64,000 nt of DNA from an uncultured Gemmatimonadales bacterium (GCA_963695555.1 CAVOGR010000001.1:160001-224000), one strand, 5' to 3'; shown: positions 19,682 through 30,341, counted from the first letter of the stretch. Program-made: numbers and translations. Notes: generated by a model not told the origin, from the letters alone.

Positions 19682-21820
19682 ATGAGCGTGCGTGGTCTGC
19701 CACACCGACTCCGTGCTACGCTCACGGTTGCATCGGCGGCGCTCGTGTTCTGGGGCTCGTCCCTCGCCGCGCAGGAAACCCCGCTGGTCATCCGCCAGCT
19801 CAACTTCGAGGGCAATCGAGCCATCAATGAGTTGACGCTGCGGACGGTGATTGGCACGACCAACTCGAGTTGGTTTGCGCGCAGCGGGTTGGTTCGATGG
19901 ATCGGGCTCGGGGAGAAGCGCTACTTCGATGAGCGGGAATTCCAGCGCGATGTGCTGCGCCTGACCCTGCTGTATCGCAAGAGCGGCTACCTCGACGTCG
20001 GCGTTGACACGGTCGTCGTGCGAAAGCCTCAGGACGTGTACCTCACGATCCGGATCGATGAAGGTCAGCCGATTCGGGTGACGCAACTCGATGTTACCGG
20101 CACCGACACGGTGCCGGAGCCTCGCAAGATCGTCCAAGACCTGCCGCTCCGCGTTGGGGATCCGTTCAATCGCTTTCTGATGCAGGCATCCGCCGACACC
20201 ATCGTCCGCCGACTGCAGAATCGCGGGTATCCGTCCGCCGAAGTGTTCGTGAGTTTCAATATGGACAAGGCGGCGCGAGCCACGACGGTCGGGCTCGATG
20301 TGTATCCCGGACTTCGCAGCACCGTGGGGGGCGTGTCGGTGACCGGAGTCCGGGCTGTCGATTCGTCGGTCGTCTTGTCTCTGCTCGCCACTCGCGAAGG
20401 GAATCCCTTTTCTCAGGGGGATTTGTTTCGCAGCCAGCGCAACCTCTATCAGACCGAGTTGTTCAGCTTTGCGTCGGTGGGAATCGACAGTGCGCAGTTC
20501 AATGCCGGAGTTCCCCGCGTCCCACTGCTGGTTCAGGTCAACGAGGGGCGCTTCCACCGAGTGCGCTCCGGCATTGGTTTTGGGACCGATGATTGCTTCC
20601 GCTTTGGCGCTGGATGGACCGCGCGGAACTTCATTGGTGGGGGTCAGGTCCTGGACGTGTCCGGACGCATTTCAAAGGTCGGGGTTGGCAGTCCGTTCGA
20701 TTGGAAGCTGGAAGAGAACGTAGTCTGTGGGGCCTTACGTGACGATTCCATTGCTTCCGCCAAGGTGAACTACAACGCGACGATCTCGCTCCGCCGCCCG
20801 GCGTTTCTCTCGCCGCAGAACACGGCCACCATCGCACTCTTCGCCGAGCGACGATCGTCATTCAACGTCTATCGCCGGGAGGAAATTGGCTTTAGCCTGG
20901 GGCTCAGCCGGGAAACTCGGGCGCGGATTCCCTTGAACTTCACTTATCGCCTGTCCTATGGGCAGACCGATGCGAATGCCGCCAATTTCTGTGCCTTCTT
21001 CAACACCTGTTTGCTAGCGGATATCCGGCAGCTGGAAGAGCGCCGGATTCTCGCCACGTTCACCACGTCTGCCACGGCCTCCAGAACCAATAACCCGCTC
21101 GACCCCTCGCGTGGGTTTGTCGCGAGCGGCGAGTTCACGCACAGTTCGCGCTTCATTGGCTCGTCCTCACAACAGCAATTCAATCGGGTGGTCGGCGATA
21201 TCGCGTGGTACCGGCCGATCGGTCGCGACGTGGTTCTGAGCTGGCGGATCCGGGGTGGCTTGATCTTCGCTCCAACGGTGGACTTCAGGTCCAACTCGCT
21301 GAACTTCGTGCCCCCGGAGCAGCGCTTCTACGCTGGTGGTCCGAACGACGTCCGTGGGTACGATCGCAATGAGCTCGGACCCGTCGTCTACGTCATTCCA
21401 TCCGCCAGCGTGACCCGGGACTCGGCCGGCACGGTCGTCGGCTTCGACTCGACCAGAGTCCGGTTCTCGGCGACCGGGGGCAACACGCTCATCGTCGGCA
21501 ATCTCGAGCTCCGGGTGCCCTCGCCCATTTTCCGGAACCGACTCCGCTTTGCCGCCTTCGTCGATGCGGGCGGACTCTGGCAACGAGGAGCAACGGATGT
21601 GGCGGCCGCCGTGCTCAGGCTTACTCCCGGCATAGGACTGCGGGTCGCGACGCCGCTCGGGCCCGCGCGGCTCGATGTGGCGTACAACCCGTACAAACTC
21701 CCGAGTGGCCCCCTGTTCGAAAGCACGGCGAATGGCGAGCTGCTGCCGCTGCCGAATCCGTTCGTCCGTGATCGGGGCCGGCGCTACACCGTGCACTTTT
21801 CCGTCGGGCAGGCGTTCTGA
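19682..21820 (+). CDS. tamA: BamA/TamA-family outer membrane protein (POTRA domains + beta-barrel)
   Basis: Signal peptide, POTRA-like repeats, RFYAGGPNDVRGY, TPLGPARLD, C-terminal VGQAF; upstream of tamB. Confidence 0.88.
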   Translation: MSVRGLPHRLRATLTVASAALVFWGSSLAAQETPLVIRQLNFEGNRAINELTLRTVIGTTNSSWFARSGLVRWIGLGEKRYFDEREFQRDVLRLTLLYRKSGYLDVGVDTVVVRKPQDVYLTIRIDEGQPIRVTQLDVTGTDTVPEPRKIVQDLPLRVGDPFNRFLMQASADTIVRRLQNRGYPSAEVFVSFNMDKAARATTVGLDVYPGLRSTVGGVSVTGVRAVDSSVVLSLLATREGNPFSQGDLFRSQRNLYQTELFSFASVGIDSAQFNAGVPRVPLLVQVNEGRFHRVRSGIGFGTDDCFRFGAGWTARNFIGGGQVLDVSGRISKVGVGSPFDWKLEENVVCGALRDDSIASAKVNYNATISLRRPAFLSPQNTATIALFAERRSSFNVYRREEIGFSLGLSRETRARIPLNFTYRLSYGQTDANAANFCAFFNTCLLADIRQLEERRILATFTTSATASRTNNPLDPSRGFVASGEFTHSSRFIGSSSQQQFNRVVGDIAWYRPIGRDVVLSWRIRGGLIFAPTVDFRSNSLNFVPPEQRFYAGGPNDVRGYDRNELGPVVYVIPSASVTRDSAGTVVGFDSTRVRFSATGGNTLIVGNLELRVPSPIFRNRLRFAAFVDAGGLWQRGATDVAAAVLRLTPGIGLRVATPLGPARLDVAYNPYKLPSGPLFESTANGELLPLPNPFVRDRGRRYTVHFSVGQAF

Positions 21821-24800
21821 TGCGCCGCCGGCTCGCCCACTTCCTCTTCGTGACGGTCCTGGGAGCGTTGGCCCTGGTGTTGGGAACGGTCACGGCCATG
21901 ACCGCGAGCTCGCCCGGCCGAGGACTACTTGCCCGGCTGGTCTCGGATCAGCTGGGACGGAGCCTTCGGGGGGAATTCCAGTTCGGAGCTATCTCGGGAT
22001 CGTTCATTCGCGACCTCACCCTGACGGACGTTACGATCCGGGATACGAGTGGTGCACTCCTCGCGGGCCTCCCCGCCGCGGAGGTGACCTACAACCTGGC
22101 GCAGTTGCTTGCCGGGCAGATCGTGATGCGGAGCGTGACGCTCCGGAACCCTACGGTGCACATCACCAAGCGCACGTCCGGTCGGATGAACTACGAGGAG
22201 GTCCTCCGACTGGGCGAAGGGCCGCCGGGAGGGCCTCCGCCGTTTGTCCAGTTCCGTAATCTGCATATCGTGAACGGGCTGGTGCGCATTTCCGTTCCCT
22301 GGTCTCCCTCGGCGGACCCGACCAGCGACGCGGGCCGCGCCGAGTTGGCACGGGAACGGGCCAAAGCCGGGCGCGTCATCGAGCAAGCGCCGGACGGCCT
22401 CCGACGCATCATCACCGTCTCCGAGCTGACCTCACGATTCCCGACCGTGTGGGCCAGCATGCCGGACCGCCGGCCCCTTACGGTAGACATCGATTCGCTG
22501 GCCGGGATCCTGAGCGACCCGGCCGTCGACATTCGGCACATCCGCGGCCGGCTCCAGGTCAAGGGCGACAGCCTGATCTTCGCTGTGGAATCAGGCGCCC
22601 TCGCCAATTCACAGATGTCGGGTGGAGGAGTCCTGACGTGGCCGGATGGGCCAATCGAGTATGACATCGGCCTCGACATGACCCAGCTAGATCTGGCCGA
22701 CATTCGCTGGATTTCACCTGACTTTCCAAACCTCTCTGGGCACGGTGTCTTGGCGGCGCGAACCGAGACGCCGACTCGCACCGCATTCGCCCTGCGCGAC
22801 CTATCGCTGCAGGGACCCGACGGAGGCATCGCCGGGGTCGTCACCATTCTCGACGACGACCGGCGGGGTCTCGGAGTTCGGGATATGCGGCTCCGGCTCG
22901 ACCGGCTCACCCTCGACGCCATCCGGCCGTACCTCGACACGCTGCCCTTGGACGGTACGTTGACGGGCTTGGTGGCGGGCGAGGGATACCAGGATCGCAT
23001 GGTCGTGGAACTCGACTGGAACTTTGCCGACTACCGCCTGCCGGAGCGGCCGACCAGCGAGATCGTCGGGGAAGGCGTTGTCCAGCTCGCGGGCCCCAAT
23101 GGCATGGTATTCGACAGCTTCACCGTCCACCGCTCGGACGTCGCGCTCGAAACCGTGCGGCTGCTCATTCCCGAGGTCCGCCTCTTTGGCCGCCTCGAAG
23201 CTACAGGCCAGATCAGCGGCCCATGGCGAAACACCACCTTCCTCGGCCACGCGCGCCAGCGTGATGGCGCACGGCCGGCCAGCGAGCTCGATGGCCGGGT
23301 TCGGTTCGATTCGCGAAGTGATACGCTCGGCCTCTCGATAGACGTCGTGTTGGCTCCATTGTCTTTCGAGGGGATCCGGAGGGGATTCCCTTCGCTCAAC
23401 GCGACCGGGTCCCTGCGTGGCCCCGTTCGGCTGGAGGGCAACCTTGCCCGGGTTGCGGTCGACGCCGACGTGCGCGGGGAGCTTGGCCACGTGCGAATGC
23501 TGGGGCCCGCGACGATACTCCTCCCGAAATGGGGCGGGGACTCACTGAACGTCACCTTCGACTCGCTCGACCTGGCCGTCGCCCGAGGGTCCGGTCCGGC
23601 TACTGCCTTGCGCGGCACCGCGACCATCCAGGGTGTCGTGGATTCCGCCGGGTGGCCCGAGGGCACGCTCGCCCTATCGCTCGGGCCTAGCCGGATCCGC
23701 GAGGTATCTCTGGATTCCGTATCGGCGCTCGTCGCGGTGCGGGACAGCGTAATGCGCCTCGATACTCTGAACGTCGTCTTTCCCAAGGGTGGCCTCACTG
23801 GCTCCGGGACCCTCGGGTGGCGACGGCCACACACCGGCACGATGACGTTTGTCATGGGGACGGACAGCCTCACCGTCTTCGATTCGCTGGTCACCGCCCT
23901 CGGCCTCGAACGCGATAGCGCCGCCGCGGCGAGCCCGCTGCGCGGTCTCTTGCAGGCGACGCTCCAGATGCGGGGCGCACTGGATACGCTGCTCGTGAGC
24001 GGCAGGTTTGCCATCACTGACGTCTCGCGCGGCACGCTTCGCGCGCCGTCGGTTGTCGGCACTCTGACGTGGCTCGGCGGCGCCAGGCCGCAGCTCTCCA
24101 CCGAAATCGATGCAGACTCCCTCCATATCGGGCGGCTCCAGTTCCAGCGAGCCCGAGCTGCCGTGAGCGGGTGGTCCGACTCCCTCCGATGGACCGGCGG
24201 TGTCCACATTGGCGATTTGTCCGACTTGGCGGTCGACGGTCAATGGGTCAAGCGCGACAGTACCGTGGTCTGGACGTTGGACAGAATCGACGCACAACTG
24301 GCGAGGCATCGGTGGGGGCTCGCCGCGCCTGCGGTTCTGACCGAACTCGGCGCTCAGCGGACGCTCGCGCCAGTTGAGCTCTGGGCAACGGACGGGTCCG
24401 CCACGATCCGGGCATCGGGGGCGCTCCCGAATCCGTCAGGCGGCTCGCTGACGGTGGAAGCGCTGGGCATCGAGTTGCAGGACATCTACGGGCTGCTCCA
24501 ACGTGATACCAGCGCCGTACGTGGTGTCGTGGGCGGCAATCTCGAGATCGGCGGCTCGCGGGCGGCGCCCACCATCCGCGGCACCGTGACCCTGGCGGAT
24601 GCCGTCTTGGGCGACTTTCGGGGGCCCTTTGCCCAGGGCATTGTCAATTACGCCGACAAACGCCTCGAGGCCAACCTGCTGCTCTGGAAGACGGGGGAGC
24701 CGGTCGTGGAGATAGAGGCCCAGCTGCCCCTCGATCTGGCCTTCATGGGGGTCGAGGATCGTCAGCTCCCTGGTCCGCTGTCGGTCCGGGTGCTCGGGGA

Positions 24801-26232
24801 CAGCGTGGATTTGGGCGTCTTCGAGGCCTTCACAGCCAACGCGCGGAATCTCCGGGGCAGGCTCGATGCCGATGCCCGGATCGCCGGCACCTGGGACGCG
24901 CCGAGGTTGGAAGGCTTTGTCGAGGTCAGGCAAGGCAGGGCGGACATTCCGGCTCTCGGCGTCAAGTACACCGGCATCGTCGGCAGAGCCCATCTGACCG
25001 GCGATTCGGTGGTGGTGGATTCCCTCCATCTTACGAGCGGAGGGGGGCGGCTCGACATTGCCGGTGGTCTCCGGCTGGAGAATTTGACCCGCCCCGTGCT
25101 CAACCTCGATCTCGTGGCGAATCGGTTCCGCGCCATCGACGTGCGCGCGTTCCTCACGCTCACAGTCAGCGGGCGGGTCCGGCTGACGGGCCCGGTCTAC
25201 CAGGCAACCCTGACCGGGCGAGCGACCGCAACCCAGGGCGCGCTCTACTTTGCCGACCTGGTGACGAAGCAGATCATCAATTTGGAGGATCCGTCCAACG
25301 CCGACTTGATCGATCTCAGCATCATCGGCGAGCGCAGGCTTGGCACGAATTTCCAGAATCGTTTCCTCGACTCACTGCGCATCGAGGACTTCGAGCTAGC
25401 CGTGCGGGAAGATTTTTGGCTGCGGTCGAACGAAGCGAACATCCAACTCGAAGGCTCGGTGCGCGTCAACAAGGTCCGCAAGAACTATCGGTGGGATGGA
25501 ACCCTGAATGCCGTGCGCGGCACGTACACGCTCAAGGCACAATTTGTCACCCGCGGGTTCGACGTGCAGCGAGGAACCGTCCGCTATTTCGGCACCCCCG
25601 ACCTCAATGCCGACCTGGACATCGAGGCCCAGCACATCGTCCAGCCGTTCGATCGGAGCGAGGAGATTCCGGTGATCGCCAAGATTACCGGAACCCTTCA
25701 GGTGCCGAAGCTCACGCTCGAATCGCCGATTCGGCCTCCGATTTCCGAAACTGATCTCTTCAGTTACCTGATGTTCGGCCGGCCGTCGTATGGCCTGTCC
25801 GAAACCCCGCAAGGGAATCAGAACGAGCTCTTTCGATCGGTCCTCGTCTACTTCTCGAGCGCATTGTCCAGTGAGATCGAGCGGACCCTCATCTCCGATC
25901 TCGGCGTGCCCATCGACTTCGTGGAGATTCGTCCCGGCCTCGGTGGCGGCTCGACTTTCGGGGCCAGCGCGCAGGCTACCCAGCTTGCGGCCGGCTGGCA
26001 GATCGGGCGGAGCACGTTTCTGACCTTCAACGCAGGCGTGTGCCCGAATCAGAACTTGTTGAGCTACCGCCGGTTGGGGGCGAGTCTCGAGTATCGATTC
26101 TCCCGGTCGTGGCGAACCCAACTCAGTCTCGAGCCTGTCCAGACGTGCATCGCGACACAGCAAAGCGACGCGCTCGGCGTGCCGGCTCGATACCAAGTCG
26201 GATTCGATCTCCTGTGGGAACGGGAGTACTGA
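21820..26232 (+). CDS. tamB: Translocation and assembly module TamB
   Basis: 1470 aa, N-terminal TM anchor, beta-rich repeats, C-terminal DUF490-like region (ITGTLQVP...LFSYLMFG). Confidence 0.85.
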   Translation: MRRRLAHFLFVTVLGALALVLGTVTAMTASSPGRGLLARLVSDQLGRSLRGEFQFGAISGSFIRDLTLTDVTIRDTSGALLAGLPAAEVTYNLAQLLAGQIVMRSVTLRNPTVHITKRTSGRMNYEEVLRLGEGPPGGPPPFVQFRNLHIVNGLVRISVPWSPSADPTSDAGRAELARERAKAGRVIEQAPDGLRRIITVSELTSRFPTVWASMPDRRPLTVDIDSLAGILSDPAVDIRHIRGRLQVKGDSLIFAVESGALANSQMSGGGVLTWPDGPIEYDIGLDMTQLDLADIRWISPDFPNLSGHGVLAARTETPTRTAFALRDLSLQGPDGGIAGVVTILDDDRRGLGVRDMRLRLDRLTLDAIRPYLDTLPLDGTLTGLVAGEGYQDRMVVELDWNFADYRLPERPTSEIVGEGVVQLAGPNGMVFDSFTVHRSDVALETVRLLIPEVRLFGRLEATGQISGPWRNTTFLGHARQRDGARPASELDGRVRFDSRSDTLGLSIDVVLAPLSFEGIRRGFPSLNATGSLRGPVRLEGNLARVAVDADVRGELGHVRMLGPATILLPKWGGDSLNVTFDSLDLAVARGSGPATALRGTATIQGVVDSAGWPEGTLALSLGPSRIREVSLDSVSALVAVRDSVMRLDTLNVVFPKGGLTGSGTLGWRRPHTGTMTFVMGTDSLTVFDSLVTALGLERDSAAAASPLRGLLQATLQMRGALDTLLVSGRFAITDVSRGTLRAPSVVGTLTWLGGARPQLSTEIDADSLHIGRLQFQRARAAVSGWSDSLRWTGGVHIGDLSDLAVDGQWVKRDSTVVWTLDRIDAQLARHRWGLAAPAVLTELGAQRTLAPVELWATDGSATIRASGALPNPSGGSLTVEALGIELQDIYGLLQRDTSAVRGVVGGNLEIGGSRAAPTIRGTVTLADAVLGDFRGPFAQGIVNYADKRLEANLLLWKTGEPVVEIEAQLPLDLAFMGVEDRQLPGPLSVRVLGDSVDLGVFEAFTANARNLRGRLDADARIAGTWDAPRLEGFVEVRQGRADIPALGVKYTGIVGRAHLTGDSVVVDSLHLTSGGGRLDIAGGLRLENLTRPVLNLDLVANRFRAIDVRAFLTLTVSGRVRLTGPVYQATLTGRATATQGALYFADLVTKQIINLEDPSNADLIDLSIIGERRLGTNFQNRFLDSLRIEDFELAVREDFWLRSNEANIQLEGSVRVNKVRKNYRWDGTLNAVRGTYTLKAQFVTRGFDVQRGTVRYFGTPDLNADLDIEAQHIVQPFDRSEEIPVIAKITGTLQVPKLTLESPIRPPISETDLFSYLMFGRPSYGLSETPQGNQNELFRSVLVYFSSALSSEIERTLISDLGVPIDFVEIRPGLGGGSTFGASAQATQLAAGWQIGRSTFLTFNAGVCPNQNLLSYRRLGASLEYRFSRSWRTQLSLEPVQTCIATQQSDALGVPARYQVGFDLLWEREY

Positions 26233-26234
26233 CC

Positions 26235-27146
26235 GTGACGCGCGTGCTCCTCATCACCAACCCGGCCGCCGCGCGAACTCAGCCCACCGCGGTCCAAGCG
26301 GTGGTGGACGTCCTCGGGTCTGCCGGATGGATGGTAGAGGTCGTTGCAACGGGCGGTCCGGGGGATGCCAAGAGTCTCGCGGCCCAAGGTGTGTCGGACG
26401 GCATGGATCTGGTCGCGGTCTTCGGCGGGGACGGCACAACCATGCAGGCTGCCGGTGCGCTGGTGGGCACGGACGTTCGCCTGGGGCTCATCCCGGGTGG
26501 AACAGGTAATCTGCTGGCCGGGAACCTCCGCGTCCCGACCTCCCCGGCCCGGGCCGCCGAGGCTTTGGTGGCGGGACAATCGCGCGCGTTCGACCTCGGC
26601 CGAATGGAGCGCACGGACGGGGTTCATTACTTCGCGGTGGCATGCGGCGCGGGGTACGATGCCCGGGTGATGGCCGAGACTCCGGCCGCGCACAAAGCCA
26701 AATGGGGCATGGCTGCCTATGTCGCGACCACCTTTCGCTTGATGGCCGATCTGCGAAGCGCGACCCACCTCATTACCGTTGACGGCGCCGAGTATGAAGC
26801 ACATGCCGCGATCGTACTCGTGGCAAACTGCGCCGAGGTCATTCCTCCGTTTGTGAAATTCGGACACGGCATTTCCCCCGAGGATGGGGAATTGGACGTC
26901 ATCGTCCTCCGGGCTGACAGCTTTCGCGAGAGCGTCAGTGCGGTGTGGGAACTGCTCCGCCAGCGGGGTGGACAGTCACCCAACGGAGGACAGGTAGGGT
27001 ATGCCCGTGGGCGGGATATTCGGGTTGAGACCACGCCAGCGCAGCCGGTGCAGCTGGACGGGGAACCGGGAGGCTATACCCCGTTCCGCGCAACGGTGGT
27101 TCCAGGCGCTGTACGGATCATGGTCCCACGGACCAAGACGGATTGA
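26235..27146 (+). CDS. Diacylglycerol/lipid kinase family protein (YegS/BmrU-like)
   Basis: ITNPAA, GGDGT, IPGGTGNLLA, VQLDGE. Confidence 0.9.
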   Translation: MTRVLLITNPAAARTQPTAVQAVVDVLGSAGWMVEVVATGGPGDAKSLAAQGVSDGMDLVAVFGGDGTTMQAAGALVGTDVRLGLIPGGTGNLLAGNLRVPTSPARAAEALVAGQSRAFDLGRMERTDGVHYFAVACGAGYDARVMAETPAAHKAKWGMAAYVATTFRLMADLRSATHLITVDGAEYEAHAAIVLVANCAEVIPPFVKFGHGISPEDGELDVIVLRADSFRESVSAVWELLRQRGGQSPNGGQVGYARGRDIRVETTPAQPVQLDGEPGGYTPFRATVVPGAVRIMVPRTKTD

Positions 27147-27243
27147 GAGAGTGAGCAGGAAGTCCTTCCCACTGCACCGGACTCACACTGGGCCGGTGTC
27201 CAATTCGCGGCGGGAGCTCGCTGACCGCGCATCGAGGTGAGTT

Positions 27244-28599
27244 ATGGTTGGTTCTGTCTTGCTGATCGATACCGATGTCGACGTGCTCCGCGCCTGCGGG
27301 GGCGTACTCGAGGAGACGGGGTACGAGGTGCTTCGGGAGCTGAGCCCAGAGGCAGCCCTCGAGACGTACGACCGACTGGAGCCCGACGTGGTGCTCCTGG
27401 ATTGGCACTTTGACGGCGAACGCGGTCCGCAACTCCTCGATCAACTGGTTGCGCGGGGGGCGACCATCCTTCTGACCACCGAGCCCGACAGCGCAGCCGG
27501 CGCGGTCCACGGACTCGACCAGGGTGCGGTCGGGCGCCTGCTCAAGCCTGTGGCAGCGCCGGAACTGCTGGCACTCACAGCCAGGGCAGCAGACTACACG
27601 CGGGTTCGTCGTTTGGAGATGGCATTTGCCGACAAGATGCGGCCACTCGGCGGACTCGTGGCGCTTGGCACGTCCTCCGTGATGAAGAAACTGGCGCACG
27701 AGATCGCCGTTCTCGGAAAGAACGACAACACAACCGTGCTCCTCAAGGGAGAGCGGGGTACCGAAACCCGGCTGGTTGCCCGGCTGATTCACGACTCTAG
27801 TCCGCGAGTGTCAGCCCCGTTCGTTGCGGTGCGCTGCAGCGGTCGTAGCGCGACAGAGCTCGACTCGGAGCTCTTCGGTCACGAGAAGGGGGCTCATCCG
27901 ACCGCGGTGAGCAGGCGCCGCGGATGGTTCGAGCTGGTGGGCGCGGGCACCATCTTGCTCGAGGGCATCGAGGCCCTGGCGCCGGTGCTTCAGCCCAAGC
28001 TCCTGCGGGTGCTCGAGACCAAGACGTTCCGCCGCCTCGGCGGTACGCGTGACGTCACGGCGGATGTTCGCCTCATCGCCTCGACGTCCCACGATCTCGG
28101 ACCGGCAGTGGACGCGGGGAACTTCCGGAAGGACCTCTACTATCGGTTGAGCGTCATGGAACTTCCTATTCCGCCAGTTCGCAGACGCTCGCCGGAGGAC
28201 CGAAGCAAGCTCTTCGCTCATTTCCTCGCGGCCGCGCGCGAACGGTATGCCGAGGGCCCAACGGAGGCTTCGGAAGAGGCGCTCGCCCGACTTCAGGAGT
28301 ATGAGTGGCGGGGTGGGAACACCATGGAGGTCGCGAATGTCATGGATCGCGCGTTGTTGCTGGCCCTCGAACGGGGGCACGAGATCGTTGAAGTCGGTGA
28401 TCTTGCCGGAGAACTCCGGGCGCGCGCCGGATTCGGTGATCGTCGACACACCCCCATGACATTGGATGAGTTGGAGAAGATCCAGATCGAACGCACCCTG
28501 CGGAGCCATGCGGGGAACCGCACGCGCTCGGCACGCGAGCTTGGCATCTCGCGCGCAACACTGATCAACAAGATCAAACGATACAACATCAACGTGTGA
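27244..28599 (+). CDS. NtrC-family response regulator (REC-AAA+-Fis HTH) with degenerate ATPase motifs
   Basis: REC domain (VVLLD, LKP), ELFGHEKG, LQPKLLRVLE, FRKDLYYRL, HTH GNRTRSARELGISRATL. Confidence 0.88.
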   Translation: MVGSVLLIDTDVDVLRACGGVLEETGYEVLRELSPEAALETYDRLEPDVVLLDWHFDGERGPQLLDQLVARGATILLTTEPDSAAGAVHGLDQGAVGRLLKPVAAPELLALTARAADYTRVRRLEMAFADKMRPLGGLVALGTSSVMKKLAHEIAVLGKNDNTTVLLKGERGTETRLVARLIHDSSPRVSAPFVAVRCSGRSATELDSELFGHEKGAHPTAVSRRRGWFELVGAGTILLEGIEALAPVLQPKLLRVLETKTFRRLGGTRDVTADVRLIASTSHDLGPAVDAGNFRKDLYYRLSVMELPIPPVRRRSPEDRSKLFAHFLAAARERYAEGPTEASEEALARLQEYEWRGGNTMEVANVMDRALLLALERGHEIVEVGDLAGELRARAGFGDRRHTPMTLDELEKIQIERTLRSHAGNRTRSARELGISRATLINKIKRYNINV

Positions 28600-28607
28600 G
28601 GGACATC

Positions 28608-28787
28608 ATGGCCGAGACTCACGAGCACGACGCGATGGTGTGCCGGGCCTGTGGCCGGGAGGAACGGGCCTCCGAAGGGTACCCCTGCGTCGACTGTGGC
28701 ACCTTCGTGTGCCTCATCTGCTATTTTCGTGGGGTGGAGCGCTGCTCGAAATGCCAGGAGAAGGCCGGTCGGGCGCCTGGCACGTGA
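28608..28787 (+). CDS. Small 8-Cys zinc-finger protein
   Basis: Four CxxC pairs (CRAC, CVDC, CLIC, CSKC); GAGG RBS; directly after the bEBP stop. Confidence 0.75.
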   Translation: MAETHEHDAMVCRACGREERASEGYPCVDCGTFVCLICYFRGVERCSKCQEKAGRAPGT

Positions 28788-28826
28788 CATCGGTCTCCAG
28801 GCCCGTCACCCAATGCGCATAGGATC

Positions 28827-29525
28827 ATGAAGCGAAAACTGGTGCTCTTCGACATCGACGGCACGCTCTTGTTAACGGCAGGCGCCGGTCGCCGGGCCAT
28901 CACGCAGGCCCTGGCCGAGCAACTCGGTGCCGAACCCGATTTCAGCCTGATCCACTTCGACGGGAAGACCGATCCCCAAATCATCGAAGAGCTCCTCCTT
29001 GCCGCCGGTGCCACGTCCGAGCCAGCTCCAGGCCAGATCGACTCATTGTGCACCCGATACCTGGAACTGCTCGAAGGGGAGCTGGACCTGACCCGCGGGC
29101 AAACACAGCTCATGCCCGGTGTCGTGGAGTTACTGGAGCGATTGGATACCGACAGCACCGTGGTGCTCGGACTCCTCACCGGCAATCTGGCTCATGGCGC
29201 CAATCTCAAGCTACGGTCCGCAAACCTCGACCCGAGCCGGTTTGCCGTCGGCGCGTTCGGCTCCGACTCTGCCCGACGGCCCGACCTGCCGGCGATCGCC
29301 TCGCGCCGCGCCGAACCTCTCTTCGGGCGCCCCCCGCACGGGGAGGCGGTCGTGATCATCGGCGATACCCCTGCCGATATCGAATGCGGCGCCGGCATTG
29401 GTGCCAGAGCCATCGCCGTGGCCACGGGAAGTTTCTCGCTGGATGAGCTGTCCGCCCAACGGCCATACGCTGCCTTTCCTGACCTGAGCGCTACCGACCG
29501 TGTCTTGGATGCGATTCTCGGCTGA
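28827..29525 (+). CDS. HAD-superfamily hydrolase/phosphatase
   Basis: LFDIDGTL, LLTGN, IGDTPAD. Confidence 0.92.
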   Translation: MKRKLVLFDIDGTLLLTAGAGRRAITQALAEQLGAEPDFSLIHFDGKTDPQIIEELLLAAGATSEPAPGQIDSLCTRYLELLEGELDLTRGQTQLMPGVVELLERLDTDSTVVLGLLTGNLAHGANLKLRSANLDPSRFAVGAFGSDSARRPDLPAIASRRAEPLFGRPPHGEAVVIIGDTPADIECGAGIGARAIAVATGSFSLDELSAQRPYAAFPDLSATDRVLDAILG

Positions 29526-29597
29526 TTCCCAGTCGTCCAGCGCAGCCCGGAGATACGCCTGCCCCATCGCGGCCGGGCGATCCGCGTGGGGGCGCTG

Positions 29598-30341
29598 ATG
29601 CCCCAGCCACTCGACCGCGCCCACGTTATCGGATTGCCGGAACTAGGTCCGTCACTCGGTCGAGTGGCATCGCCCGTCATCGATGCGCGAGGTTCCTCGG
29701 GCGTATGGCGCAAGATCCGTGAGGTGCGCCTCAGGCTCGCGAGCAGGCTCTTCGAGGCTGGTCACTCGGCCCGCACCGCCCTGGCAGCCGGCGATTACCG
29801 ACAAGCCGCACTCCGGCTCGGACGCGACACCTGGGCGGAAGCCTGGGCCGCGGCAGTGGCCGCCACCGGAGTCGTTGTGGTCGACGACATCAACCAGCGC
29901 TTGGAAGCCGCGGCGAGTGCGGCCCGCATGCCCCGCCGCCGGGCGCGAGCGGTTCGAGTGACGGAATCCGAAGGCCATGCGTTGACGGCCAGGCTTGCTG
30001 GTGGAGCCGGCCGCCTGGTGGTGGCCTTGGACGAATTGGAGGCCATTTCCAAGGCAATCGAAGCGGAGTCCGCCCCGGCGTGGCGAGATACCGTGCTGCG
30101 CGTTGCCCGACGGCTCGAAGACGCGTGGTTGGCGCTCGAGGCGCACGTTGGAGAGGAACTCCGGCGGTGGGACGAAGAGGTTGAGCGTGTCCGGGCCTGG
30201 AGGCGTCGAGGCTGGCCGCTATGGCTCGTGACAGTGGCCGTCGTCGGTCTCGCTACCTATGTCGGACTGGTGCTCGGCGGGTACGTGCGAGTTCCGGAGC
30301 AGCTTCGGCCGTTGGTTGACTGGTGGTGGGCCCGCTGGTGA
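29598..30341 (+). CDS. Hypothetical helical protein with a C-terminal TM segment
   Basis: In-operon ORF, GTGA overlap with acpS; hydrophobic WLVTVAVVGLATYVGLVLGG near the C-terminus. Confidence 0.7.
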   Translation: MPQPLDRAHVIGLPELGPSLGRVASPVIDARGSSGVWRKIREVRLRLASRLFEAGHSARTALAAGDYRQAALRLGRDTWAEAWAAAVAATGVVVVDDINQRLEAAASAARMPRRRARAVRVTESEGHALTARLAGGAGRLVVALDELEAISKAIEAESAPAWRDTVLRVARRLEDAWLALEAHVGEELRRWDEEVERVRAWRRRGWPLWLVTVAVVGLATYVGLVLGGYVRVPEQLRPLVDWWWARW

